From positions 1 to 64,000 of the IMG/VR virus record IMGVR_UViG_3300043395_002432: a stretch of 64,000 bases of DNA, one strand, 5' to 3'. Below, piece by piece: positions 9,906 through 16,942 of the stretch (positions within the stretch are counted from its first letter, which is position 1; each line of letters starts with the position of its first letter). Position numbers and translations under genes: made by a program. This DNA is from a virus. Under the pieces are notes generated by a model that made no database searches, was not told where the DNA came from, and saw only the letters and a program-made list of their open reading frames with translations.

Positions 9906-10262
9906 CTACGCGAGCGCGGGAGCGACCTGAAGCAGGTGGCGACGGTAGATCTCCTCGTCTTCCCCGAGGTCTGACCCCGCCACGTCCACGCCCTGACCGC
10001 GCAGGTACGCCACGATCAGCGCAGCCGCCATCTCCCCGTGGACGTACCCCGCTGGGCCGACCATGATCGGCACCTCACTGGTCGGGAGCAGCAGCCCTCC
10101 CTGAAGCTCCGCCTCGTAGATCCCGAAGATCCGATCCGCGCCCCACGAGGCGACGACTGGGTAGACCTTCAACACCCCCTCACACAGCGTCGCCACCGAG
10201 AGGGTCTTCCGGCCCAGGTAGGCCGAAGAATTCTCAATCACAATTGACGTCCACAGAGTCAT
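9906..10262 (-). CDS. hypothetical protein
   Basis: 118-aa ORF with RBS and promoter motif at 10284-10342. Confidence 0.65.
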   Translation of the reverse strand: MTLWTSIVIENSSAYLGRKTLSVATLCEGVLKVYPVVASWGADRIFGIYEAELQGGLLLPTSEVPIMVGPAGYVHGEMAAALIVAYLRGQGVDVAGSDLGEDEEIYRRHLLQVAPALA

Positions 10263-10346
10263 GACGTTCTCCCTTGCCCCCCAAGTCTAAGCACGGAGAT
10301 CAGACCCAGAAGCCGAGGTCGGCGGCTTGACGCATTCTTGACGAAC

Positions 10347-10386
10347 GAGAAAAGGAGCGGAACCTTGCGATCCCGCTCCCCTCTCA
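10347..10386 (-). terminator. terminator closing the tRNA cluster
   Basis: GGAGCGGGATC-GCAA-GGTTCCGCTCC-TTTTCTC on minus strand. Confidence 0.65.
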
Positions 10387-10468
10387 GTGTGGGCAAAATT
10401 TGGCCGAGGCTTGCCATGCGGCAGGAAGAAGACGATTCTTGATAACCTCAGTCCAGCGGCTCACACCA

Positions 10469-10540
10469 TGACGACAGTAGGATTCGAACCTACGACCAAG
10501 AGCTTGTAATGCTCCCACTCTCCCACTGAGCTATGTCGCC
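10469..10540 (-). tRNA. tRNA-Val(TAC)
   Basis: cloverleaf; anticodon arm GGAGC-ATTACAA-GCTCT; GGTTCGAATCC. Confidence 0.8.
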
Positions 10541-10544
10541 AGAT

Positions 10545-10618
10545 TGACACTGACCGGGATCGAACCGGTGACCTCAAGTTTAGGAAACTTGCGCTCTATC
10601 CTGCTGAGCTACAGTGTC
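10545..10618 (-). tRNA. tRNA-Arg(CCT)
   Basis: CAAGT-TTCCTAA-ACTTG; canonical arms. Confidence 0.9.
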
Positions 10619-10674
10619 GACGAATTCGAATGCGCTTCTCTCTCTCGTCTCTCTCTCGTCTCTCTCGCTTCTCA

Positions 10675-10739
10675 TGGCTCCGGTGAGATTTGCACTCACA
10701 TTCGGGCGTCCCCTGCCTTCCTTGTTAGACCACAGAGCC
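10675..10739 (-). ncRNA. tRNA-like RNA, anticodon arm reduced to GGG-GACG-CCC
   Basis: acceptor GGCTCTG/CGGAGCC, D-arm, T-arm GTGAG-TGCAAAT-CTCAC; no 7-nt anticodon loop. Confidence 0.7.
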
Positions 10740-10741
10740 AA

Positions 10742-10826
10742 TGAGACGGGCAGGAGTCGAACCTGCGTCCTTCAGCGATTGAATCCGAAGATTCTCACTG
10801 GCGCTCTACCACTGAGCTACCGCCCC
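10742..10826 (-). ncRNA. tRNA-like RNA, extended anticodon arm capped by C(UUCG)G
   Basis: canonical D/T arms; CAGTGA-GAATC-TTCG-GATTC-AA-TCGCTG. Confidence 0.8.
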
Positions 10827-10829
10827 ATA

Positions 10830-10961
10830 TGTCAGGGAGGGATCTCCCTCACCCCAGAAGAGCGTTTCCGCATGCCAACACTGTAGCCTCGACCAGATCT
10901 GCCTCCAGTCTATCTACCCCCGTGGGTATCCCATTTGGGTCTTGAACGGGCTTTCCTGACA
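10830..10961 (-). ncRNA. unidentified ~130-nt structured RNA in tRNA array
   Basis: ends pair (TGTCAGG/CCTGACA); several internal hairpins including GCG-GAAA-CGC; abuts tRNA-like units on both sides. Confidence 0.45.
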
Positions 10962-10962
10962 A

Positions 10963-11035
10963 TGCCAGGGGGGTGACTTGCACACTCATCTCCGAACCTT
11001 GTGGCTCGGCGTCCTTCTTTTTGGACGACCCCGGC
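10963..11035 (-). ncRNA. tRNA-like RNA, 7-bp anticodon stem with ACAA loop
   Basis: GCCGGGG/CCCTGGC acceptor; CCGAGCC-ACAA-GGTTCGG; T-loop TGCAAGT. Confidence 0.65.
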
Positions 11036-11040
11036 TTGAA

Positions 11041-11127
11041 TGCCCCCGACCGGATTTGCACCGGTATCTCCATGCACTTTGGCGTTCTACTCACCCCCGC
11101 TGGGGGTACCGCTTGAACTACAGGGGC
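11041..11127 (-). ncRNA. tRNA-like RNA with hairpin inserted in D-loop and 3-bp anticodon stem
   Basis: GCCCCTG/CGGGGGC; D-loop insert ACCCCC-AGC-GGGGGT; CCA-AAGTGCA-TGG; ACCGG-TGCAAAT-CCGGT. Confidence 0.65.
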
Positions 11128-11160
11128 GCTTGCTGTGGGGGCGGTTAGCAGCCGCTCCTC

Positions 11161-11700
11161 TCACCCCCAGAAGTTAGTCACGCGACGCGAAGGGTCAAGC
11201 ATCTTTCCGCACCCGAATTCCTCTCCGTCCTCGTCTTTGAACAGCGCCTCCTCCCCCTCGCGGAGAAGAGCGCGAACATACCGGTGGATCACGTCGAGCG
11301 GGTAGCCGTCACTCCGCTTCAGGTCGAAGTCGAAGTAGTCCCGCGCCACGTCCGTCACCCCAGCCGACCGCCGCTCCCCGTACTGACACGCCGCCACGAG
11401 GTTCAGATCCGCAAGCCGTACCTCGCGCAAGAAGACCGCAAGCTCTCTCGCACGCTCCTTGGTGAACCACGTCGGGGGCGGAGGGGGCGTCAACGACTGA
11501 AGCCTCACGATCTCCCTGGCGTCCGCCCCAGAGAAGAAGATCGCCTCCACCCGAGCGAAATCCTGAAGGGTCTCGGGAAGACCCGAGACCTCCCACGGCT
11601 CCGCACCAATGAGAAGCACGGCAGTCCTCGCTGGCACCAAGCCATGCGTCTTCGCGTACTGACGCAGCTCCGTCCGAGGACAATGGATCGCTATGGGCAT
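11161..11700 (-). CDS. PTP/DSP-like phosphatase (CX5R)
   Basis: LVAACQYGERRSAGV P-loop; GGAGAG RBS before MPIAIHC. Confidence 0.65.
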   Translation of the reverse strand: MPIAIHCPRTELRQYAKTHGLVPARTAVLLIGAEPWEVSGLPETLQDFARVEAIFFSGADAREIVRLQSLTPPPPPTWFTKERARELAVFLREVRLADLNLVAACQYGERRSAGVTDVARDYFDFDLKRSDGYPLDVIHRYVRALLREGEEALFKDEDGEEFGCGKMLDPSRRVTNFWG

Positions 11701-11711
11701 CTTCTCTCCAA

Positions 11712-11803
11712 AGGAGGCGGTGGGATTCGAACCCACGGGTCAGGGTGTTAGCCCGACCTCCGATTTTCAAGACCGGCGCAATCAACCGCTCTGCCACGCC
11801 TCC
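11712..11803 (-). tRNA. tRNA-Ser(TGA)
   Basis: CCGGT-CTTGAAA-ATCGG, long variable arm. Confidence 0.9.
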
Positions 11804-11807
11804 GTAA

Positions 11808-11879
11808 AAGGGGATACAGGACTCGAACCTGCGATTAGAGGGTCAAAACCTCTTGCCTTGCCAACTTGGCCAATCCCCT
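11808..11879 (-). tRNA. tRNA-Gln(TTG)
   Basis: AGAGG-TTTTGAC-CCTCT. Confidence 0.85.
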
Positions 11880-11926
11880 GCTCAAGCTATGCACAGCCCC
11901 CGCAATTTCTGTCAGGAACGTGTCAA

Positions 11927-12001
11927 AAGGGGATGCAGGATTCTCTACGACCTGCGATCAGAGGGTCAGAACCTCTTGCCTTACCGCTTGGCTAATCCCC
12001 T
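11927..12001 (-). tRNA. tRNA-Gln(CTG) with enlarged 11-nt T-loop
   Basis: AGAGG-TTCTGAC-CCTCT; T-arm GCAGG-TCGTAGAGAAT-CCTGC; paralogue of preceding Gln. Confidence 0.7.
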
Positions 12002-12024
12002 TCAGACGAATTCGAATTCGTTTA

Positions 12025-12096
12025 TGGCGGTGACTGGATTCGAACCAGCAGCCCTTCGTGTATGAAACGAATGCTCTACCCTTGAGCTACACCGCC
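12025..12096 (-). tRNA. tRNA-Met or Ile2 (CAT)
   Basis: TTCGT-TTCATAC-ACGAA. Confidence 0.85.
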
Positions 12097-12142
12097 GCTT
12101 TCCTTACTCTTCCTGCTCTTGCCCTTCTTCCTGCCCTTCTTC

Positions 12143-12781
12143 CTACTCCGCTTCAGGCTTCAGCCTCTCTTTCCAATCCTCCTCAAACATCGCACGATAC
12201 ATGCGGTAGTGTCGCAGGAGCGGTTCAGGAACCTTGTCCAGACGAGCCTCCAGATCGAGGATCTCTTGGTGCCGCCGACGCTCCCATTCGTCCCCCGTGG
12301 CTCTTCCTCGACTCTGGCCAACGAGGCGGTAATGCACCATGCACTCCAGCATCTCCGTCGTGATGCCATTCCTGAAATCTTCAGGACGAAGGGACATGGG
12401 AGCGAAGGGATATCCGTCCTTCTTGTAGACTCGGTGAAATCGCTTGCGCCCCGCTGGGGTCAGCGCACCACGAATCTCCCACACAGCGTCACTGACACCA
12501 GACCACCGCAGGGGATCATGTGCCAGATACTGCCGACGCCGCTCAGGCGTCCACTTGCGACCAGCCGCCTCCGCCTCCTCCTTGGTGGAGAAGTAGTGTC
12601 CCTGAAGCTCCTCCCGCCCCTCCCAATGCTCATGCTTGAAACCTGAAGGGCCGTCTGGATGCTCTGCCGTCACCGAGAGGTAGAACGGACTCGTCCACGT
12701 TCCAAATTCGAATTGCCACTGATCGATCTCCCAGCCCGCTGGCCGAGGAAGCGGGACGCCCTCAAACACCTTGAAGCTCAT
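12143..12781 (-). CDS. hypothetical protein
   Basis: 212-aa ORF inside tRNA cluster, ATGA-coupled to upstream ORF. Confidence 0.65.
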   Translation of the reverse strand: MSFKVFEGVPLPRPAGWEIDQWQFEFGTWTSPFYLSVTAEHPDGPSGFKHEHWEGREELQGHYFSTKEEAEAAGRKWTPERRRQYLAHDPLRWSGVSDAVWEIRGALTPAGRKRFHRVYKKDGYPFAPMSLRPEDFRNGITTEMLECMVHYRLVGQSRGRATGDEWERRRHQEILDLEARLDKVPEPLLRHYRMYRAMFEEDWKERLKPEAE

Positions 12782-12918
12782 CGCACCACCTCGACGCGCT
12801 GCACACGCTGCGGAGGAGCGTAGGTGTCAGGGTTGTAGAGCATGTAAAGCCATGCACCAACACCCAGAAGGATGATGAAGATCGCACCAAGCGCCTTCGC
12901 GGTCTCACCAGCAGACAT
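12778..12918 (-). CDS. small single-TM protein
   Basis: MSAGETAKALGAIFIILLGVGAWLY; GAGGGG RBS. Confidence 0.5.
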   Translation of the reverse strand: MSAGETAKALGAIFIILLGVGAWLYMLYNPDTYAPPQRVQRVEVVR

Positions 12919-12930
12919 TGTCCCCTCGAA

Positions 12931-13002
12931 CGGCCCGACCTGGATTTGAACCAGGGACACCCCGATTAACAGTCGGATGCTCTACCACTGAGCTATCGGG
13001 CC
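12931..13002 (-). tRNA. tRNA-Asn(GTT)
   Basis: TCCGA-CTGTTAA-TCGGG. Confidence 0.9.
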
Positions 13003-13006
13003 AAAT

Positions 13007-13089
13007 TGGATCGGCAAGGAATCGAACCTTGATTGTTCCGTAGAACGGCTGGGTTACAGCCAGCCTGCCCGCCCACGAGCCACCGATCC
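13007..13089 (-). tRNA. tRNA-Tyr(GTA)
   Basis: GCTGG-CTGTAAC-CCAGC; variable arm; short D-loop. Confidence 0.8.
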
Positions 13090-13092
13090 GCA

Positions 13093-13181
13093 TGAAGCGT
13101 GAAGGAATCGAACCTCCCATGCGAGGAGCGACCTCGCGTTCGGCTTCGCGCCGAACCCCCACCCCAGGTGGGCTACGCCTC
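13093..13181 (-). ncRNA. non-canonical type-II tRNA-like RNA with 6-bp D-stem
   Basis: CCCACC-TGG-GGTGGG D-arm; GTTCGGC-GCGAA-GCCGAAC; long variable arm; GGTTCGATTCC. Confidence 0.7.
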
Positions 13182-13186
13182 AAAAG

Positions 13187-13272
13187 TGAGAGGGGAAGGA
13201 TTCGAACCTCCTGATCAGCTCCCGCTGAAGCTGGTGTACCGCCAGCCCCTACCCCAGGCAGGGTTCCCTCTC
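13187..13272 (-). ncRNA. non-canonical tRNA-like RNA, 7-bp D-stem, loop CG-GTA-CA (Tyr-like, no U33)
   Basis: CCCTGCC-TGG-GGTAGGG; GCTGG-CGGTACA-CCAGC; TCAGC-GGGA-GCTGA variable arm. Confidence 0.7.
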
Positions 13273-13275
13273 ATA

Positions 13276-13347
13276 TGGCCAAGGCCGGAATCGAACCAGC
13301 GCATCCCGATTTTCAGTCGGGCGCTCTACCTACTGAGCTACAAGGCC
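13276..13347 (-). tRNA. tRNA-Phe(GAA)
   Basis: CCCGA-CTGAAAA-TCGGG; two U-U mismatches in acceptor. Confidence 0.8.
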
Positions 13348-13351
13348 AAAT

Positions 13352-13453
13352 TCTCAGGTGCAGGAATTGAACCTGCCACTTCGCTCGCCCGAAGGCGGGG
13401 GACGACGCCCCTGATCTCAACGATCCCTGTGTTACCGCTACACCAACCTGAGA
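13352..13453 (-). ncRNA. tRNA-like RNA with three hairpins replacing anticodon/variable region
   Basis: CTCAGGT/ACCTGAG, D-arm GTGT/ACAC, GATC-GTTGA-GATC, GGGG-CGTCGT-CCCC, CGCC-TTCG-GGCG, T-arm. Confidence 0.7.
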
Positions 13454-13527
13454 TATCCCCAGCAGGTCTTGAACCTGCCCCTGGCGCGTGACTTTATGCG
13501 CCCGCTCTACCTCTAAGCTACGGGGAT
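13454..13527 (-). ncRNA. tRNA-like RNA with 10-nt anticodon loop
   Basis: GGCGC-ATAAAGTCAC-GCGCC; intact acceptor, D and T arms. Confidence 0.7.
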
Positions 13528-13607
13528 CGCCTTCACCCCTCCAAGATAGCCCCGAGAAGCCTGCTCGGGAAGCCCCACATGGGGGGCTTGACACGTCCTT
13601 GACGAAT

Positions 13608-13846
13608 TCGGCATGGAGGGAATCGAACCCCCGTCCTTCAGAGCCTTACGCTTTCCAGGGGTAGCTTCCCCCTCCTTCAAAGTCTCTGCCTGAGCTACTT
13701 GGGGCGGCTTCTTAGGGCGGCTCATCAAGGCTTCTTGCGAGGCGTCAGGCTTCCCCACCAAGTGAGGGCGGTTCCCCGTCTGAGACGGATGCGCTAACTT
13801 TGAAAGAATCCAGTAAGGATGCCTTCTTCCACTGAATTACATGCCG
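13608..13846 (-). ncRNA. tRNA-scaffolded 239-nt RNA (tmRNA-like architecture)
   Basis: CGGCATG/CATGCCG acceptor, GGACGGGGGTTCGATTCCCTC T-arm, ~165-nt structured insert. Confidence 0.65.
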
Positions 13847-13848
13847 AC

Positions 13849-13911
<63 letters not shown>

Positions 13912-13921
<10 letters not shown>

Positions 13922-14151
13922 TTGGTGCGTTGGTTCTTTGTCAGAAGGTAGCAGTGATACGCCCGAACCCACATATGCCTGGAGTAGGTGGGCAATGTTC
14001 TGGCCCTCACCCAACGACGAGCCATCTTCGTCATGAGCTTGCGCCTCGTCGCGTAGGGCATCTTCTTGGTGGCGACCCAATACCAGCCACAGTAGTAGAG
14101 CGGTTCACGCTCCTCAATCTTCTTTCGAATCTCTGACCGCTTGATCCGCAT
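13912..14151 (-). CDS. small basic hypothetical protein
   Basis: MRIKRSE..., GAGGTG RBS. Confidence 0.5.
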
Positions 14152-14161
14152 TGCTTCACCT

Positions 14162-14725
14162 CTAAGCGAGGATAACCTTGCGGATCGGAACAAGCCCCCT
14201 GAGCGTCCCTACGGGGAGCCGATGCTTCGGCACGAAGGACGTCCAAGCGTAGTGAAAGCTTCCCTCGCGGCCCTTCAGGCGCTCTCGGATCTTGGTGTGC
14301 AGCGCTGCAAAGAGCAGACTCGCCAGACCCCGGCCCCGACAGCGCGGCAACGTGTAGAAGTTTGGTGCGATGAGCAGCGAACGAAGCTCCTCTCCCCGCC
14401 AGAGATCTGGTTCGTTGAGGTAGCTGTCACCCACGCAGATCGACACCGGGACAGAGCCTTGCAGCATGAGCGTCGACGGATAGCTCCACCCCTCGTAGCC
14501 CTCCGAACGCACCAAGGAGAAGACAGCCTCCAGATTCATCCTCTGGCAGCGAAGAGCGTCCGCACCAGGGATCGAGAGAAGGGACTTGAGTGCTGGCGCG
14601 TAGAGGATGCGATAGCCCCAGGGGGAAGCGCATTCCTCTGTAGAGAGTGAGGTCTTCGGCCCCTGATACCAGATCCGATCAGTAGGCACGGCTGAACCGA
14701 GAGCGCGGAACCTGCTGCTCTGCAT
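14162..14725 (-). CDS. GNAT-family acetyltransferase (start uncertain, possibly GTG at 14689)
   Basis: motif A: FYTLPRCRGRGLASLLF. Confidence 0.6.
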   Translation of the reverse strand: MQSSRFRALGSAVPTDRIWYQGPKTSLSTEECASPWGYRILYAPALKSLLSIPGADALRCQRMNLEAVFSLVRSEGYEGWSYPSTLMLQGSVPVSICVGDSYLNEPDLWRGEELRSLLIAPNFYTLPRCRGRGLASLLFAALHTKIRERLKGREGSFHYAWTSFVPKHRLPVGTLRGLVPIRKVILA

Positions 14726-15149
14726 CCCACACAGCCTCCTCGGGGAACGCCGACACGATCCGCCGTCGCACCAACGAATTCGGAACCCGAACCACTGCCC
14801 GCTTGGTGCAGAAGCCCAACGCAGTCGCCGCTTCCACTACGCCACCAGAACGTGAGACCCCAGCCTTACAGGCCGCCACCACGTTCAGACCCGCCTCTCG
14901 AGCCGACAACAGGAATAACGAAATCGAATTCGCCTGCTCCTCTGTGATCGCAAGATCCTCCTCGGGATCGTCAACGTCGAAGAAGCACTCCACCAAGGTG
15001 GTGGCCCAATCGGCACGAAGGATCTCCTCCACCTCAGGCTCAGGAATGCCGTCATGGATCACCAAGAGCGCACAGCCCGAAGGCTCAAGCCCAAGCTCAC
15101 GCGCACGACGCAACGCGATCATGCGCGGCACATTCACAGCGATCATCAA
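14679..15149 (-). CDS. PTP/DSP-like phosphatase (CX5R), paralogue of 11161-11700
   Basis: VVAACKAGVSRSGGV; FFDVD acid loop; PNSLV. Confidence 0.75.
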   Translation of the reverse strand: MMIAVNVPRMIALRRARELGLEPSGCALLVIHDGIPEPEVEEILRADWATTLVECFFDVDDPEEDLAITEEQANSISLFLLSAREAGLNVVAACKAGVSRSGGVVEAATALGFCTKRAVVRVPNSLVRRRIVSAFPEEAVWDAEQQVPRSRFSRAY

Positions 15150-15159
15150 CGCACCTCAA

Positions 15160-15255
15160 TGGGAGGGGTCGGATTTGAACCGACGACCTTGCCTTCTACG
15201 CGGTCATGACATGAATTGCGTAGAAAGCACGCTCTACCAAATGAGCTACCCTCCC
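15160..15255 (-). ncRNA. tRNA-like RNA with 12-bp extended anticodon stem
   Basis: TGCTTTCTACGC/GCGTAGAAGGCA enclosing TCAT-GTC-ATGA; canonical D/T arms. Confidence 0.8.
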
Positions 15256-15261
15256 TTGAAA

Positions 15262-15341
15262 TAGGGGAAAGAGGACTTGAACCTCCGACCTCACACCGCG
15301 AAGCGTCAGGCGTGCGCTCTAACCAACTGAGCTACTCCCCC
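15262..15341 (-). ncRNA. tRNA-like RNA with 13-nt anticodon loop
   Basis: CACGC-CTGACGCTTCGCG-GTGTG; body resembles Ile/Val tRNA. Confidence 0.7.
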
Positions 15342-15478
15342 AAAAACCGCCTCGTCAAGGTGCGCTTCACCTCCTGAAGGATGTCGTCTCGCACCAACGT
15401 GCGCCTCATCTCCTCCAAAAGCTCAGAGGTGCGACGCCGACGCTCGTTATACACTTTCGCTTCTCTCATGACTCCTCA

Positions 15479-15551
15479 TGGGAAAGGCTGGATTCGAACC
15501 AGCACGAGGCACATTCACCATGCCCGCCCTGACCAATTGAGCAACTTTCCC
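15479..15551 (-). ncRNA. tRNA-like RNA, loop GG-TGA-AT (no Y32/U33, short variable arm)
   Basis: GGCAT-GGTGAAT-GTGCC; perfect acceptor and T arm. Confidence 0.7.
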
Positions 15552-15553
15552 GA

Positions 15554-15630
15554 GGGGGAGGGCCGGACTCGAACCGGCTACGCAATGCGCGGGATTGCTC
15601 CCAAGTAATGCGTTTCCTAACTACCTCCCT
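15554..15630 (-). ncRNA. tRNA-like RNA, reduced D-arm, GCAA-capped arm
   Basis: GGGA-GCAA-TCCC; GCCGG-TTCGAGT-CCGGC; GGGAGG/CCTCCC. Confidence 0.6.
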
Positions 15631-15652
15631 GATCCACCTTCCTCTCGAAGAT

Positions 15653-15726
15653 TTGCGGGAGTGGGATTTGAACCCACGACCTGCAGGGTATGAACCTACC
15701 GAGCTGCCTGACTGCTCTATCCCGCG
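15653..15726 (-). tRNA. initiator-type tRNA-fMet(CAT)
   Basis: C1-A72 mismatch, CGCGGG start, GTAGG-TTCATAC-CCTGC. Confidence 0.8.
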
Positions 15727-15727
15727 A

Positions 15728-15801
15728 TGGAGACAACGGGATTCGAACCCGTGACCCTCTGCTTGCAAAGCAGATGCTCGTTCCAACTGAGCTATGTCCC
15801 C
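15728..15801 (-). tRNA. tRNA-Ala(TGC)
   Basis: TCTGC-TTTGCAA-GCAGA; G3-U70. Confidence 0.9.
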
Positions 15802-15805
15802 GAAA

Positions 15806-15878
15806 TGGATATGGTGAGAATTGAACTCAACACCTCCGGTGCCACAAACCGGCGTCCTACCCTTGGACGACATATCCC
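15806..15878 (-). tRNA. tRNA-His(GTG)
   Basis: CCGGT-TTGTGGC-ACCGG; encoded G-1. Confidence 0.8.
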
Positions 15879-15894
15879 ACAATCGGCACTTTGA

Positions 15895-15967
15895 TGAGCG
15901 CGGTGGGCATCGAACCCACGACCTGGAGATTAAGAGTCTCCTGCTCTACCGGCTGAGCTACGCGCCC
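15895..15967 (-). tRNA. tRNA-Lys(CTT)
   Basis: GGAGA-CTCTTAA-TCTCC. Confidence 0.9.
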
Positions 15968-15985
15968 GGTTCTCTCTTCCCCCTC

Positions 15986-16046
15986 AATCTACGCACCGCA
16001 ACCCTCTCGGGAAGGAGCGCGGGAGGGGCTTGACACGTTCTTGACA
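15986..16046 (-). promoter_or_regulatory. promoter driving tRNA sub-array
   Basis: minus strand TGTCAAGAACGTGTCAAG, 37 nt, TAGATT. Confidence 0.65.
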
Positions 16047-16092
16047 TGCCCCCGTTGCTTGACTCCGCTTGGTGCGACGAAGTCGACTTCGT

Positions 16093-16368
16093 TCACTCAC
16101 GCGCCGAAGCGATCTCTCTCGCCTGCTCAAGCTCTCGCTCCATATGGCGGCGAATCCACCGCATGAGCAAGATCCCCTTCTCCTCCGCACCAAAGGTCGG
16201 CTGCGACCCCTGAGCATTCTTGGTGTCCTCCACGGGGATTGGGAAGAGCCAGCCGTCGAAGGTCTTGTACCAAAGCGCATCCTCTCGAAAGAACGCGAAG
16301 ACCGCCTTCTCCTTCACCCGATCCCGACAGAGGGCGTTCAACTGCTGCACCTCATGCTTGCGTTCCAT
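16093..16368 (-). CDS. phage hypothetical protein
   Basis: LWYKT...FPIPVEDT...EKGILLMRWIR; AGGAG RBS. Confidence 0.7.
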   Translation of the reverse strand: MERKHEVQQLNALCRDRVKEKAVFAFFREDALWYKTFDGWLFPIPVEDTKNAQGSQPTFGAEEKGILLMRWIRRHMERELEQAREIASARE

Positions 16369-16381
16369 CTCTTCTCCTGAT

Positions 16382-16472
16382 TGGGTAGAGTACGATTCGA
16401 ACGAACACCTCCGAGGTACGCCCCCGTAGGAGGGCGGCTTCCACAGCGTCATTCCACTTTGACTATCTACCC
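16382..16472 (-). ncRNA. tRNA-like RNA, extended arm capped by C(UACG)G
   Basis: GGGTAGA/TCTACCC; GTCA/TGAC D-stem; CGCCCTCC-TACG-GGGGCG. Confidence 0.7.
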
Positions 16473-16475
16473 GAA

Positions 16476-16570
16476 TAGGGAGTGAAGGATTCGAACCTTC
16501 GTCATGGGCAGCGCGCCACCCATGAACCTGCACTGTTCGCAGGCGCTTTCAACCACTCAGCCAACCCCCC
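16476..16570 (-). ncRNA. type-II tRNA-like RNA, loop GA-ACA-GT (no U33), 10-bp variable stem
   Basis: CCTGC-GAACAGT-GCAGG; TCATGGGTGG-CGCG-CTGCCCATGA. Confidence 0.7.
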
Positions 16571-16641
16571 GAAAGTGTCTGCGGCAACGGAGACGCGAAG
16601 ATGAACCGCGCAAGAATCCGCAAACACTATAGCTTTGCTAT

Positions 16642-16714
16642 AGCCACCAGAGGGATTTGAACCCCCGACCCGCTGTTTACAAAACAGCCGCTCTGGCCCC
16701 TGAGCTACGGTGGC
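16642..16714 (-). tRNA. tRNA-Thr(TGT)
   Basis: GCTGT-TTTGTAA-ACAGC. Confidence 0.9.
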
Positions 16715-16718
16715 ACCA

Positions 16719-16799
16719 TGGGGTCTGCGGGACTTGAACCCGCACGCTTGTGGCAGGAGATTTTGAGGCTCCCGTGTCTGCCAATTCCACCAAGACCCC
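16719..16799 (-). tRNA. tRNA-Leu(CAA)
   Basis: loop CTCAAAA; Leu-type D-arm GGTGGAATTGGCAGACAC; variable arm. Confidence 0.85.
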
Positions 16800-16802
16800 A
16801 AG

Positions 16803-16873
16803 CAGGCCGGGAGGGATTCGAACCCTCACAAGGTGCTTTTGGAGAGCGCCCGACTCATCCTGCGCTCCAGCCT
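16803..16873 (-). tRNA. tRNA-Trp(CCA), irregular D-arm
   Basis: GCGCT-CTCCAAA-AGCAC; AGGCTGG/CCGGCCT-G73. Confidence 0.7.
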
Positions 16874-16876
16874 ATA

Positions 16877-16938
16877 CAGGGGGGAAGGGATTCGAACCCA
16901 AGAACTTGACGCTCTTCCGCCGACACCCGCCCGCCCCT
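16877..16938 (-). ncRNA. minimal/degenerate tRNA-like RNA (62 nt)
   Basis: AGGGG/CCCCT acceptor, GGGTTCGAATCCC T-arm, no clear D-arm. Confidence 0.45.
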
Positions 16939-16942
16939 ATGA

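Noticed and set aside
10636-10668. (CTCTCTCGT)n microsatellite
   Set aside because: Short low-complexity spacer between tRNAs with no supportable function.
13093-13181. tRNA-Sec (selC)
   Set aside because: Long D-stem and variable arm fit, but there is no TCA anticodon and the acceptor stem is 7 bp.
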